From contig OX597815.1 in NCBI GenBank assembly GCA_951406725.2, forward strand, positions 43,710,001 through 43,774,000: a stretch of 64,000 bases of DNA. Reading direction: 5' to 3'. Source of the DNA: Octopus vulgaris (taxonomy: Eukaryota). The notes below the pieces were generated by a model. That model did no database searches. It saw only the letters and a program-made list of their open reading frames with translations, and was not told the origin of the DNA. The first letter of the stretch is position 1. Each line of letters begins with the position of its first letter. Below, piece after piece: positions 28,380 through 42,249 of the stretch. The translations under genes and the position numbers were made by a program.

Positions 28380-29625
28380 ATATACGTTACAAACATAGGT
28401 AATACATGAATATATGTTATAGTTCCATTTATAATTATTTTAGTATGATTAAAAACATGCTTAAAAGAAGTTTCACTTATAACCATGCAAAGCCGTCTCG
28501 GGGTTGTCTAGAGTTTTGCAATTTCATTTTCCATTTTCATGTGGACATAGGTACTTATATACTTTGTTTACATAAGTAGAAAATAAATTAGTTCAGAAGA
28601 AACAGACCAGAGAATTCAACTCAAGTTGATAACAATATACGAATTAACATATTGACGTCATTCCTTAAGTATCTATTAACCCATTTAGACTACAACTCAA
28701 ATTATTTTTCTGTAAAACTAATTAAGCTCACTGATTGGGTTTTCTAAAAATAGTAAACTAATGAATACCTTTCAGTTTTATTCATTAGATGGGTTCCACT
28801 TCGAAGGACATTTAAAGATATACGTTTCTAAATTTCTTTACCGAAAGATATTTTTTCAATGTCACATATTAATTACCATTGCCAAGGGCCAGTATGTGAA
28901 TTTGTACAGTCATTCGAATCGCAAGAAATAGCAGCAAAATGTCTCACAAATTTCACCTTACTGTTACGACTCAACGGAATTTGAACTCAGAACGTAATGA
29001 CAAACGAAATACCTATTTCTTTACTACCCACAAGGGGCTAAACACAGAGGAGACGAACAAGGACAGACAAACGGATTAAGCCGATTACATCGACCCCAGT
29101 GCGTAACTGGTACTTATTTCATCGACTGCTAAGCATTTCGCCCGGCGTGCTAACGTTTCTGCCAGCTCGCCGCCCAACAACAGTAAGAATAATAATAACA
29201 ACAACAACAACAATGATAAAAATAATAATAGTTTCGAATTTTGCCACAAGGGCAGCAATTTTTGGCGGGAGGAGATGAGTCGATTACATCGACCCCAGTG
29301 TTCAACTGGTACTCATTTTATCGACGCTGAAGATGAAAGGCAAAGTTGACCTCGGAGGAATTTGAACTCAGAACATAGCGACGGGCGAAATTCCTATTTC
29401 TTTACTACCCACGAGGGGCTAAACACAGAGAGGACAAACAAGGAAAGACAAACGGATTAAGTTGATTATATCGACCCCAGTGCGTAACTGGTACTTATTT
29501 AAACGACCACGAAAGGATGAAAGGCAAAGTCGACCTCGGCGGAATTTGAACCCAGAACGTAGCGGCGGACGAAATACTGCTGAGCATTCCACTCGGAGTG
29601 CTAACGTTTCTGCCAGCTCGACACC

Positions 29626-29626
<1 letters not shown>

Positions 29627-29701
<75 letters not shown>

Positions 29702-29742
29702 TAATGAAAATAATGATAATAATGATAATAATGATAATAATG

Positions 29743-29807
<65 letters not shown>
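29627..29807 (+). repeat. (TAA)n microsatellite
   Basis: Directly visible; similar tracts at 46863-46963 and 55797-55933. Confidence 0.97.
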
Positions 29808-29808
<1 letters not shown>

Positions 29809-30322
29809 TATTTAATTCGGCCATCATTCTAAACGTGTGAGTACAGTCAATTAAATAAACTGAAGTTGTTTTGTAGTATTCATTGACCTGTAACAAAGTA
29901 TTGACACATCTAGTATGAACCAAAGCCATAACATTGAGTTATTGTCATGTAAGCTGTTATGCTTCGGCTGGTTATTAAAACACAAGCAAAGGCCACGAAA
30001 AAACAGAACCACTAAAATATCGTAATAAACATATGTGACGTTGATATATTGTACGAGACAACACCCTTCAGTTACTTAACCTTGTTTCATTAATATATTC
30101 GTCTTAGTGCTTTCTTTATCTACTATTCATCTAGAACCACCTGCAGCCCTAGTGATTATTAGTACCCATTGTACAGTATTTTTCCGTGCAAATAGGCGTA
30201 GAAGATAATAAACACTAATTTTTGTATTTGTGATATTGAGTTGTTTCTTATTATGGATTTACAGCAATCGGCTAATCAAAATCTCTCCCTTTACCTCTCC
30301 TCGCCTCTCTCTCTCTCTCTCT

Positions 30323-30366
<44 letters not shown>

Positions 30367-31830
30367 AACTGGCATTCCATCGGTTATGACTACATGACAA
30401 AGGTTCTTGTTGATCCGATCAACGGAACAGCCTGCTCGTGAAATTCTATAGACACGTGTACCCTTAGCATAGTTCTCATGGAGATTCAGCGTGACACAGG
30501 GTGTGACAATGATGGCCCTTTGAAATACTGGTACTACTCATTTTTGCTGAGTAGACTGGAACAACGTGAAATAAATTATCTTGCTGAAGGACACATCGTG
30601 TCACCGGGAATTGAACTCACGACCTTAAGCTCGTGAGCCATATACCCTAACCACTAAACCATGCAAATAAAACAGCTTTAAATTAAAATCGCTATCTATG
30701 AGATTTACTAAATTTGCGTACTCTAATGAAACGCATGATGTTTTCTATGAGAAAGTTTTTCTCGTTCATAAAAATCAAGTATTATTCCTATCAACGTTGT
30801 GTTTACATTTAGTAGACACACAGATGGTGATTTTAATTTAAACACCTTCTACTTAAAGCAATTTACGGATAAATGCTGGTGAATTTTAAAATTAAACCGT
30901 GCCGAAGAAAAAGTATCAAAATCTTATTTAATTCTGGTCAAAATAGGCTGGAATGACAACTCCGAAATTTTAATCAGTTGAAGTTAATTAAAAATGCAAA
31001 GTGGACAATATGAAAGGTAGTGACTCTCTGCACATGTTTCGATCTTGTTAGACCCCTTAGCTAGGTATATTCTTTACCAGAATATACCTAGGGCTGAAAA
31101 AAAAACGGAGAAATGGTACACAAATACAAATAACAGAACACGTGCTTTCAACTAAGGACGAATTAAATTAAGCTGGCAAGTGTGGAAGTAAAGCCTTACA
31201 GCAGGGACATAAGTTTTGACAGGCACAGGGAGGAATATATCTCGGACAAGTCTACTAAAACTTTTAAGGCGACGAAATTAAGAAGTCGGATAGTATACTT
31301 CATATTTTATACTAACTCTATGCTCCGATCTCAAATCTCGTTGAGGTCAAATTTACCTTTCATTTCGATAAAAGAAGTGCTGATCTAGAGCAATGTGAAG
31401 GCGCGTATTTTAGAGATTAGGGTGTTGCATTCATGATCTTAAGATTGTGTTTCGATTCTTGGACCAGCGATGCGTTGTGTTCTTTAGCAAAACACTTCCT
31501 TTTACGTTTCTCCAGTCAGCTCAGCAAGCAAAAATGTATAATCCTGCGATGGACCGGCGTCCCATCCAGGGGATGAAATATACGCCACAGAGTTCGGGAG
31601 AGCGACCTTCAGCCTATGGCTCAGTAGAACCTTCGATCCTTTTGATCTACGGCAGTTGACTGACAGAAGTTTTACAGCATAGGATGTGTTGACTTGTGAT
31701 ATACGTTCCGTTTGTTCTGAAGTCAATACCAGTAATGGCACTGGTTTCAAGTTGTATTGCATTTCTCTTTCCATCTTCTATCGGTAGCATGGAACCTGAA
31801 AGCTTGCATGCAAAGGCAACTGATTACTTT

Positions 31831-31877
<47 letters not shown>

Positions 31878-32068
31878 TCACACAAGTTTAGGACTTCCCA
31901 TGGAGTGCCATGACTTTCGGTCATAGCATAGATTTAGCTACATTGTTCGAATCCAAGTTGACAATGGATGTACAGCAATGCGCATCCATTCGTTATACAC
32001 AGACACTTTCTATTTTCTCCTCTTTCTTTCCATCACACCCTTCACTATCATTTGCTCTCTATCTAATA

Positions 32069-32607
32069 CGAGCAAAACACCCCCCACTCCGTCCAGTGAA
32101 TGGTGCTGAATCATATCTGCTGAATAAACAGCAATCAGTGTTTTCTTTTCATCAAAAAATAATTAAGCATGCTTTATTTCAATAAAATTTTTGGTTTTGT
32201 TAAACAAAGTTAAGGCAAAAAAAAACTTCTTGAGAAACCAAATAGTCTTTCCTTCCTTCATGCCAAGTTTGAAGAAAATATATCTCTTTTGCATCTTACA
32301 TTTTTGGTCTCTTAAATATACTGCATTTTGTGGCATTATTTCAAGCCAGCCGGCTTTTTTTGCGCAAACTGCAAGTGCATTTTTCTCGCGTACGCGTAGT
32401 ATCGATCGCAACAGCTGATGTACTTGCGCGTACAAATGCACGTTCCCACGGCTTTATCAATCACATTCTCACCTGGAATCGATTTTTGTAATTTTTTCAA
32501 GACTTATACACGCCCTGATACCGTCGGTATCTACATCAGATGCAGGATGCCCGAGATCCTAGAAGACACACACACACAGACAGACAAAACGGGTTTTATA
32601 TAATAGA
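32069..32607 (-). mobile_element. Old non-autonomous Helitron-like element
   Basis: Minus-strand 5' end a|TCtattatataaaacccgttttgtctgtctgtgtg resembles that of the element at 57186-57691; 3' end is degenerate (CTCG|t in place of CTAG|t, eroded hairpin). Confidence 0.5.
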
Positions 32608-33103
32608 TGTGGAATAAATAGAAAGTATAGCCTACTAAGATATAATCAAATATTTCAAACACCTCAAGATTAGAATTCACCCCTACTCGTCCAGTAGCAA
32701 AATTGAGATAGATGAACGGAGTCTCCGCTATGACGATGAGAACTTGAACGGGATGGGAGTTTCTCATTGTAGTCTTTATATTCACTGGAAGACTTGAACT
32801 CAGAACACTAAGATTAAGAAGAAATAAAAACAAATACATCGTACCCAGCTGTTTTTGGCCGTTATCTGTATTTGTCTATTTTTAGCAAGGGGGAACAGAA
32901 CAGCTAGAGCTGCGTGTCTTTGACTTGTGCATAGTGCACGCACCATATGGGCAACAGTATGACACCGTATAAATATCTCTTTTTCTAGTACACATACGTA
33001 CATTCACACATAAGCTCTCACACGTGCACAAACACGCGCGCACATATATATCTAACACATATGTATACACACATCACACATATATATACATACATATATA
33101 CAT

Positions 33104-33156
<53 letters not shown>

Positions 33157-33229
33157 GCATATATACGTGTGTATGTGTGTTTGTGTATGTATATATATAT
33201 ATGTATGCATACATATATACAGAGATATG

Positions 33230-33261
<32 letters not shown>

Positions 33262-33372
33262 CTTACATACGTGTATATATGTACGTGTGTGTGTTATATG
33301 ATATATATATATATGTATATATATATGTATACATATGTATATATATAATATATATATATTTATATTTTTATC

Positions 33373-33409
<37 letters not shown>

Positions 33410-33667
33410 GTATATATACATATGTATGTATGTTTGCATGCTGTGGACTGCTGAAAGATGCGTCGAGATGTCTTTATGGTACACGTTTTGCTTTGCTCAT
33501 TTTAAAGCTTCGAGCAACTTATCCCTTTCCAGATCTTGATACGGGCGATTTATCTCAGAAACGGGAGAGAGAGAGAGGAAGAGAGAGAGAGAAAGAAGTG
33601 CAGGAGTGGTACTTTATTTATCGTCTCCAAAATGAAATAATGAAAAGCAAAGTTGATCACGATTTCC

Positions 33668-33725
<58 letters not shown>

Positions 33726-34400
33726 GGAAATCGAGATCAACTTATATATTTATATTTAAATTTTGTACGACTCTATTATTCTTTCTATTCTTTCCTTCTT
33801 TCCTTCTTTCTATCAGCCCCTTCACACTTACTTCGTTCATTCCACTCTTCGTTCTTTCGTTCCCCTTCTCTCATATTTCCTGGCCTTCTCTTCATGCTCA
33901 CCTTCCTTCCTCTTTCGCTTCACTCTGTCCCTTTTTTCTCGCTCCTCCTTAATTCTTCTATCACTCTGCCTCTCCCTTTCTTTCTTCTCTCCCCACGTGA
34001 CCGGTGTTCGGCCAAACCTGACCTTTCTTTCTAGGTTCGACTACCATCCGTGCAACATCTTTATTCCTCCCTGTGCCCGTTAAACCTTATGTCGCTGCCG
34101 TAAGGCTTTACTTCCACACACTCCAGCTTAATTTAATTCGTCCTTAGTCGAAAGACACATGTTGTTAATGTTCTGTTATTTGTATTTGTGTACCATTTCT
34201 CCATTTTTTCCGCCCTTGTTTTCGTATACATTCGCTTGTTATCTTCCATGGAATCTAGTGCTATTAGCCTATTTTTTCCTTGGGGCTGGCCAGATTGGAA
34301 TAATCTGGAGTATAACCAGCCGAAATTGCAAAGATAATCTGGAACTCGACTGAGGAAAGAAAACTCTGAATGACCCGTTCTTGTCCCATTTTTGTATACA

Positions 34401-34516
<116 letters not shown>

Positions 34517-34687
34517 AGTGTACACATGTGCATCTGTGTCTTAAAAGCGATACCACGACGTCTACACATTTCTCACCTTGAACTTTCAACCTTGAACTTG
34601 TTCGCATAAACTGTCCCGTTTGTTATTCGTTAGCTACTGCACGCATTTTTTTCTCTCCTTCTTTCTGTGTTTTTCTCTCTCTGTGTA

Positions 34688-34725
34688 TCTTTCTGTTGAA
34701 GAGCGTAGGCTCGAAACGTTAAAGA
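34688..34725 (+). ncRNA. Minimal type I hammerhead motif (A6U variant), copy 1
   Basis: Stem I ucuuu/aaaga, core CUGUUGA, stem II gagc/gcuc, GAA, palindromic ACGU stem III, predicted cut after 34720. Confidence 0.65.
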
Positions 34726-35134
34726 CATGTTTTATTTATATTTCCTGAGCAGCCATACTAATACAATTGTTCGTTTGTTTTCCACCTGCCTTCGTCTTTT
34801 GTTTATTTTCATAAAGCTTCCCGTTATATATTATGCGCTCACGTGGTCTCACTTTCATCCTATATTCTACCAATACCACTATCAACACTTACCTCTACCT
34901 TGGATTTTCTTTACCTCTTGGATACTTACCATTGGCTGCACCTCTCTTTCGCGGATCAAAGTGACTTTGCATTGATGTGAAATCCTTAAAAAATATACCA
35001 CGACGTCTACACATTTCTCACGCTTGAACTTTCAACCTTGAACTTGTTCGCATAAACTGTCCCGTTTGTTATTCGTTAGCTACTGCACGCATTTTTTTTC
35101 TCTCCTTCTTTCTGTGTTTTTCTCTCTCTGTGTA

Positions 35135-35172
35135 TCTTTCTGTTGAAGAGCGTAGGCTCGAAACGTTAAAGA
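35135..35172 (+). ncRNA. Minimal type I hammerhead motif (A6U variant), copy 2
   Basis: Identical to 34688-34725; predicted cut after 35167. Confidence 0.65.
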
Positions 35173-35308
35173 CTTGTTTTATTTTATTTCCTGAGCGCCA
35201 TACTAATACAATTGTTCGTTTGTTTTCCACCTGCCTTCGTCTTTTGTTTATTTTCATAAAGCTGGGGCACCGCTTATGTAGACAGTATGTAATGTATGTA
35301 CATATGTA

Positions 35309-35343
<35 letters not shown>

Positions 35344-35653
35344 GTGTGTGTGAGTGTACACATGTGCATCTGTGTGCAAGAGAGAGGCGAGAGAAGGGGG
35401 TAGACAGAGATAACCGATGTGCCATAAAATAGAGAAAGATTGGTTGTACTTGTGAATTTCATGGGTTCTTCCTGACCATTAACAGGATCAATAAGAGCTT
35501 TATTTTTAACAACAGGACTTTCCTCATGATTTCACAATTATGAAAATTCCCTTATTTTTGGTCTACTACTTATAATTTTAACCATAGTTCAATGATGACG
35601 TGACATCATTCGAGAAAGTACATTTCAAGGCTTCCATACATCCAAAGTTAAAC

Positions 35654-36001
35654 CAGTGGTTCTCAACCATTTTGCCTATGGACCCCTTTGATTACTGTTT
35701 TATTCTGGTGGGCCCTCAGAGCCATTCGATGTTTAAAAACTAACTTCTTTAGATACTTTTTTCAAAATTCCTACTTTGTTTTTCAGTTATTCACTTACTC
35801 TTTTACTCTTTTTACTCTTTTACTTGTTTCAGTCATTTGACTGCGGCCATGCTGGAGCACCGCCTTTAGTCGAGCAAATCGACCCTGGGACTTATTCTTT
35901 GTAAGCCCAGTACTTATTCTATCGGTCTATTTTGCCGAACCGCTAAGTAACAGGGACGTAAACACACCAGCATCGGTTGTCAAGCAATGCTAGGGGAACA
36001 A

Positions 36002-36032
<31 letters not shown>

Positions 36033-36450
36033 TACATATATACGACAGGCTTCTTTCAGTTTCCGTCTACCAAATCCACTCACAAGGCATTGGTTGGCCC
36101 GGGGCTATAGCAGAAGACACTTGCCCAAGATGCCACGCAGTGGGACTGAACCCGGAACCATGTGGTTGGTTAGCAAGCTACTTACCACACAGCCACTCCT
36201 GCGCCTCCTTGTGTAAGTTTATAATAACACTCTATCAGAGAGTATGTTTCAGTAGTTGGAAACATATTGAACTACGTAAAGTGTTAGAGAAAGAACCCTA
36301 TCCGCTTCTTGCAATAAATACAAGCGAAGCCACATATTTTTGGAACCCTTAAATTACTACTGTAGATCCCCAATTTATTATTTTGCTTGTGTGGGCCCCC
36401 AAATATATATGGACCCCCGGGCTCATACGAAGCCCAATTCAGAATCACTG
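35654..36450. mobile_element. hAT/Charlie-like MITE interrupted by a family B SINE (35795-36206)
   Basis: Termini cagtggttctcaa ... ttcagaatcactg, with subterminal atggacccc at both ends; 8-bp TSD eroded. Confidence 0.6.
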
Positions 36451-36927
36451 ACTCAGGCGAACAAATCGACCCTCGTAATTATTGTTTTCAAAAGTTTGAC
36501 ATTTATTCCATTCGTGTCTTTTGCCGAACCGCTAAGTGCGGTGACATCTTGGAAAAAGTATCTTTTACGATAGTCTCGGGCTGACTAATACCTTGTGAGT
36601 GAATGTGATAGACTGAAACTGTGTGAAAGCCCGTTATAATATATCTGTGAGTGTTTGTGTTAATCTTCGTAACCACTCAACTCTTGAAAACCGGCGTTGC
36701 TTTGTGTATGTTGGGGTCTGTCGAACTGCTAAGGTGCGGTGAAACTTTGGGTAAGTGTCTTTTACTATAACCCTAGCCGACTAATACCTTAAGAATGATT
36801 TTCATAGACGGAAACTGTGCGGAATCCCATCGTAATGTGTGTGTGTGTCAATCTTTATTGCTTGACAACAATTAGAATATGAGTGACAAAGGTAGAGAGA
36901 TAACAAATGTTCACACACTGACACGTA

Positions 36928-36976
<49 letters not shown>

Positions 36977-37190
36977 ACTACACACCCATACATGCATACA
37001 TACATACATACATACATACATACATACATACATACATACATACACACACATACTTGCTTACGTTCGAACTTGCTAACTTCTGAAAGATAACGAATTACTT
37101 CTGAGAAATATACAGCCTGTAGATTGGGAAAGGAATATTTTAATAAGTGAGATAAAATAAAATTGATGAACATAATAAATTGATTTACAA

Positions 37191-37833
37191 AGAAGAAGAA
37201 GAAGAAGAAGAAGAAGAAGAAGAAGAAGAAGAAGAAGAAGAAGAAGAAGAAGAAAAAGAAGAAGAAAAAGAAGAAGAAGAAGAAGAAGAAGAAGAAGAGG
37301 GGGAAGCGGAAGAGGCGGGTAGTAGAAGAAGAAGAAGAAGAAGAAGAAGAAGAAGAAGAGGGGGAAGAGGAAGAGGCAGGTAGTAGAAGAAGAAGAAGAA
37401 GAAGAAGGGGGGAAGAGGAAGAGGAGGGTAGTAGAAGAAGAAGAAGAAGAAGAAGAAGAAGAAGAGGGGAAGAGGAAGAGGAGGGTAGTAGAAGAAGAAG
37501 AAGAGGAGGAGGAAGAGGAGGTGGAGGGGAAGAAGAAGAGGGTAAAAGAAGAAGAAGAAGAAGAAGAAGGGGAGGAGGAGGAGGGGAAGAATAAGAGGGG
37601 GTAGAAGAAGAAGAAGAAGAAGAATAAGAAGAAGAAGTGGAGGAGGGGAAGAAGAAGAGGGGGTAGAAGAAGAAGAAGAAGAAAAAAAAGAAGAGGAGGG
37701 GGAAGTGGAAGAGGGGGGTAGAAGAAGAAGAAGAGGGAGGAGGGGGAGGGGAAGAGGAAGAGGGGGAAGAGGAAGCGCAAGAAGAAGAAGAAGAAGAAGA
37801 AGAAGAAGAAAAAGAAGAAGACGACGACGACGA
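37191..37833 (+). repeat. Polypurine (GAA/GAG) cryptic satellite
   Basis: About 640 bp almost free of pyrimidines, built from (gaa)n runs and a recurring gggggaagaggaagaggagggtagta unit. Confidence 0.95.
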
Positions 37834-38082
37834 CCTTGCCGGTATGGTCGCACTTCAGTGACTGAAACTAGTACAACATAAAAGATAATGATTTTTCCCT
37901 GAAGAACGTAGCATCTGGAATATATAAGTATTTTCACTAGATTAATAAGTTTTATATCTGTCTAAAATAAGATTTAGTTGTTTTTACAAAACCTGTGTTT
38001 ATGAGAAAATGAAAATCTGTTATCGTCTTAGTGCATTCATAATAACCATGTTTTGGCGAGTTCAGACATTTTTTTACGATTT

Positions 38083-38241
38083 CAGGCGCAAGAGTGGATG
38101 TGTGGTAAGAAGCTTGCTTACCAACCACATGGTTCCGGCTTCAGTCCCACTGCGTGGCACCTTGGGCAAGTGTCTTTTCCTATAGCCACGGGCCGATCAA
38201 AGCCTTGTGAGTGGATTTGGTAGACGTAAACTGAAAGTCCG

Positions 38242-38306
<65 letters not shown>

Positions 38307-38478
38307 CGTGTGTTCCTCCACCATCGCTTGACAACCGTCTTCTAGCGCTTCGGCAAAAGAGACCGATAGAATAAGTACTTCGCTTACAAAGAATAAGTCC
38401 TGGGGTCGATTTGTTCGACTAAAGGCGGTGCTCCAGCATGGCCTCAGTCGAACGACTCATACAAGTAAAACAATAAAA
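38083..38478 (+). mobile_element. SINE family B copy
   Basis: Head aggcgcaagagtggatgtgtggtaag, CORE-like ccttgggcaagtgtctt, internal (tg)n, family tail. Confidence 0.85.
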
Positions 38479-39827
38479 GAAAATTAGCATGATTTCATTA
38501 TAATACATCTAAAAATCTATTTTAATACTTGAAAATATCAACTTGAATTTCTAAATTTCAGTTTACAACCCGACGCAGAATTTTAAGCAGTGAGCCAACA
38601 AGAGAATATCTACATAGTTATCTCTATCAGTCTTAAATGAACTGACAGAAATAGCAGCTAAATTTCCACTAAATCGCAACATTTTGTTTTAATAAATTGA
38701 AGTATACTTGAGATAATACAGTCCTTAGCATACAAAATTTATGATAGTTACCAATAAAAGGTTTTTAATGAATTACTTTAACCGAACAAAGATAGGCTGG
38801 GGCTAAACAATAAAATACCTAGCCGTCTTAATGAAGAGCACATAAACACATATCATCAACTCCAGAGTTTCAATACATAGCGGAAATATCCCACAATGCC
38901 ATACAAGAAGTGGTACTAAGATTTTGAATACTTGCTCGTGTTACAGAGAAATTTCGAGCCACTGATATTAAAACCTGCAAAACCCTCAACTGGATACACG
39001 CAAAAATAGTGACACTGATAGGCATCCTCGAAATAGAATGTAGGAAGACGGAGATTAACATTCATTAAAACGGCCTTATAATGTCGCATGCTATCACATA
39101 TCGCACAAAATTCGCTAAGTAACATAGAATAAAAACAAATACAAATGATCAAAAGTGAGACCAATATTCACATGTTAAGAGCGAACATCTTACGAGGCTC
39201 TCCCATCGACGTTTCATATCAGTAGAACACCTCGAGTAGGCAATGTAATTGATTAGCTCCCTTCCCCTAAAATTGCTGGTCTTTTGCCCAACTTTGAAAC
39301 GATTGTTTAGCTACAGGTCAAGCCTATAGCCAAAATTCTATCTGTGAACATACTATTTTTCTTATATGATGTATCTCAGATTACTTTATCTGATGTATTC
39401 TTCCCTTTTAAAGCTAGTAAGCATATCTTTGTATCTGTGACACGTTGTTTGTCTCTCGTAACCTAACAGTTTGGCAAAGGACACCGATAGAATAAGTACA
39501 AGATAAGGACCGGAGTCCTTATCTGGTATTTTAAATTTTGATGTTATTTAGTGGGTGGAACGACAATGTAGATATTTTCTTATTGGCTCGTCAATTAGGT
39601 TGTTACTATCAAAATTTTATGTGAGATAAAACTAAAATAAAACTGAGATTTTGAGACACGACTTTGACGTTATTTAATAGTCATTATTTACGGAGATGTA
39701 CTTGCATAGCGAGTGACTTGATCTGAGATCGTGTGCTGGAACGGAAACAATTGCAGCGTGGAAGGTGTTTATAAGCCATTTAAGAAATACACAAAACCGT
39801 TAGATTCACTTCAACATTTAAATTTAA

Positions 39828-39878
39828 TTTGTCAAAATATGTTCGTCGCTTTGAGACCGCGACCTGTTCACTGACAAA
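39828..39878 (-). ncRNA. Hammerhead-like motif with G3-C8 core, copy 1
   Basis: Minus strand uuuguca-GUGAACA-g-gucgc ggucucaaa gcgac-GAA-cauauu-u-ugacaaa; 7-bp stem I, 5-bp stem II; A15.1 is C in this copy. Confidence 0.6.
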
Positions 39879-41479
39879 ACTTCGTACAGGGAACCAATTC
39901 TAGTGATTATCTTTTATTTATTTCAGTCGTTGGACTGCAGGCATGTTTGAGGCGCCGCCTTGAAGAAATTTGGTCAAACAAATCGACCCCGGTCCTTATC
40001 TTGTACTTATTCTATCGGTGTCCTTTGCCAAACTGTTAAGTTACGAGAGACCAACACCGGTAGTCAACAAACAAGGTGTCACAGATACAAAGATATGCTC
40101 ATATATACACGGTGGGAGTCCGCACAATTTCTGTCAAACAAATTCACTAACAAGTCATTGATTGGCTGGTCGGGGGCTATAGTAGAAGACACTTGCCCAA
40201 GGTGCTGCACAGTGGGACTGAACCCAAAACCAAAAGCTTGCAAGCGAGCTTCTAAACCACACAGCCATGCCTGCGCCTAATAATACATTTTGACTGAATA
40301 CCACTGCGTATCCCCATTCTAAAATATTTTGGATCCCATTATTATTTATAAGAGTTCATCTCTGCCATCTTTGTCCATACAAAAGAGCTTCTACGTAGTC
40401 GCTCGACTCATTAGAAACGGCAGTCAAATCTCTTTCAAGGTACACATCAAGCGACTTACAGAGAATGCTCAAGGCAATCTCACTCAAAAGATAAAATGTC
40501 ACGACTGGAATAAGAATTGATAGACTTGCGGTTAAATAACAATAACAATAATAAAGTGGAATTAGTCTGCTTTTATTTCAACTAATTTTCAAAACAACAA
40601 ATTACAGTTGACAGGAAATTTTAGCAGAAGGTTTTAATTCAGATCACTTCAAAACAGGAAGTTTGTAGCACGGAACAAGGCGCGGTCGCTATCGAGTTGC
40701 TATCAAATGTATAACTGTGTTCACATACTAGTAGAGGCTAACTTCATTCTAGTTATGACCCTCCTGAGTTTATTAAGTGCATACTTTCTTTAAAATATCG
40801 AATTGAACTTTAGATCTCAAGATTAAACACAATAGAATATTATATCATTCAGTTATCAACAACATAAAAAAAAATCCTTAAAGTTCAAATATCAGTTATG
40901 TTAAATACTATAAGCAAATTAAGGCGGCAGGCTGGCAGAATCGTTAGCACGTATACCGTGCTAATGATTTCACGTTCTGAGTTCTAATTCCGCCCAGGCT
41001 GACTTTGCCTGCCTTTATCCTTTCGGGGTGAATAAACTAAGTATCAGTTGAATCCTGGGATCGCTGTAATCAGCTTACCCACTTCCTTGAAATTGCTGGC
41101 CTGTTACCCAAATTTAAAATCATTGTACAGCAAGCCAAGGCGGCAAAGTTGACAGGATTGTTAAAACGTCGGTAAAAATGCTTCATGGTATTTCGTGAGA
41201 TTCATTATGCTCTGAATTCAAATTTCGCCAAGGTTGATTTTATTTTTCATCTTAATCAATAAAATAAGTACCAGTCGAAGTAATCGACTAACCCTTTTCC
41301 CTTGTGTCAAAATTTGAAGCTATTGTATGCCAAACTAGAATAATTTATCACTAAGTCTCCGAAAGATAAACTATTTGTTCGTATGTTTTTAAAAAATAAC
41401 CTCATCTTTTGTCGTTTTAATTATGCATTTTAAACATGACATCGCTATGTTATTTGAATAAATAAATAAGTAAATAAAT

Positions 41480-41730
41480 AAAAGGTTTACTTCCTTAAAC
41501 CTTGTGTAAACTCGAAAAACCAGAAATGTTTTACTTCCGTAAACAGGAATATTTATCTTAAATCAAAACCAGAAACTAACTTTTCCGTGATGCAGCGAGC
41601 CAATCAGTAAATTTTTCAAATACAGCTGCCGTTTGAAAATAAAAAGGGTTGGAGTGACAGAAATATCAGAAAAAGACTTAAGAAAGCCGCCTTTTGGTTT
41701 CCGGCTTCAAGCGAAAAACCTTTCCGGTTA
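41480..41730 (+). promoter_or_regulatory. Candidate Pol II promoter (ETS-like, CCAAT, CHR-like motifs)
   Basis: Repeat-free segment with acttcc(g) and ttccgg motifs, agccaatcag (41598-41607), tttcaaa (41614-41620) and tttgaaa (41632-41638). Confidence 0.35.
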
Positions 41731-41857
41731 AGATTTACGGACGGAAATTTTATTTAAACAATTTATACCACTTGAATATTAACTTTTCTTATATTACTTT
41801 TACAGATTTTTCCTTCTCTTCCCTTTCCTTTCATTCACCTATTCCTCTTCCTTCTAG

Positions 41858-41961
41858 AACGGTAACAATAATAACCACAAGCAAAACAAACCGCTGAAAA
41901 GTATCTGCGCCGTTGCTCGACCAGCTACAACTAAGAGCCAAATTATTCTTCCGTTTGAAAC
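41858..41961 (+). other. Candidate 104-nt exon (UTR or unknown coding)
   Basis: Long polypyrimidine tract ending ttctag before 41858 and gtaagt donor after 41961; one frame is open (NGNNNNHKQNKPLKSICAVARPATTKSQIILPFE), no recognisable homology. Confidence 0.35.
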
Positions 41962-42039
41962 GTAAGTCTTGCAAAGGAATGAAAATATTAGATAATATAG
42001 TCCTAGATATACAATGTTCAACAACAACAATAACAACAA

Positions 42040-42074
<35 letters not shown>

Positions 42075-42195
42075 ACTGCTGCTGTTGTTGTTGTTCTTAA
42101 GCAACAAGACGGGTAAGGGTGATTAGGTGATGGTCTAGGACTTAGCGGCGGGAGACCCCAGACCTTAAAAAAAAAACTTTGGTCGTCTTGTAGTC

Positions 42196-42249
42196 GAGGG
42201 CTCTTCGTCGACGCCCGACACCACTGGGAGGTGGCCCTCGAAGTCGCTG
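42196..42249 (-). ncRNA. Degenerate HDV-like ribozyme fold
   Basis: Minus strand cgac-uuc-gagggcc-acc-UCCCAGU-ggu-gucg-GG-cgucga-CGAA-g(a)gcccuc gives P1 (only 4 bp), P2, P3, L3, P1.1 and J4/2 in the expected order. Confidence 0.4.

Larger units (their letters stand above)
34540..35263 (+). mobile_element. Tandem direct repeats (about 279 bp x2, 166-bp spacer), each with a hammerhead; PLE pseudo-LTR or retrozyme-like
   Basis: 34540-34818 is nearly identical to 34985-35263; both contain tcttt-ctgttga-a-gagc gtag gctc-gaa acgt t-aaaga. Confidence 0.8.

Noticed and set aside
37073-37937. 235- and 250-aa low-complexity ORFs
   Set aside because: Translations of the GAA/GAG tract
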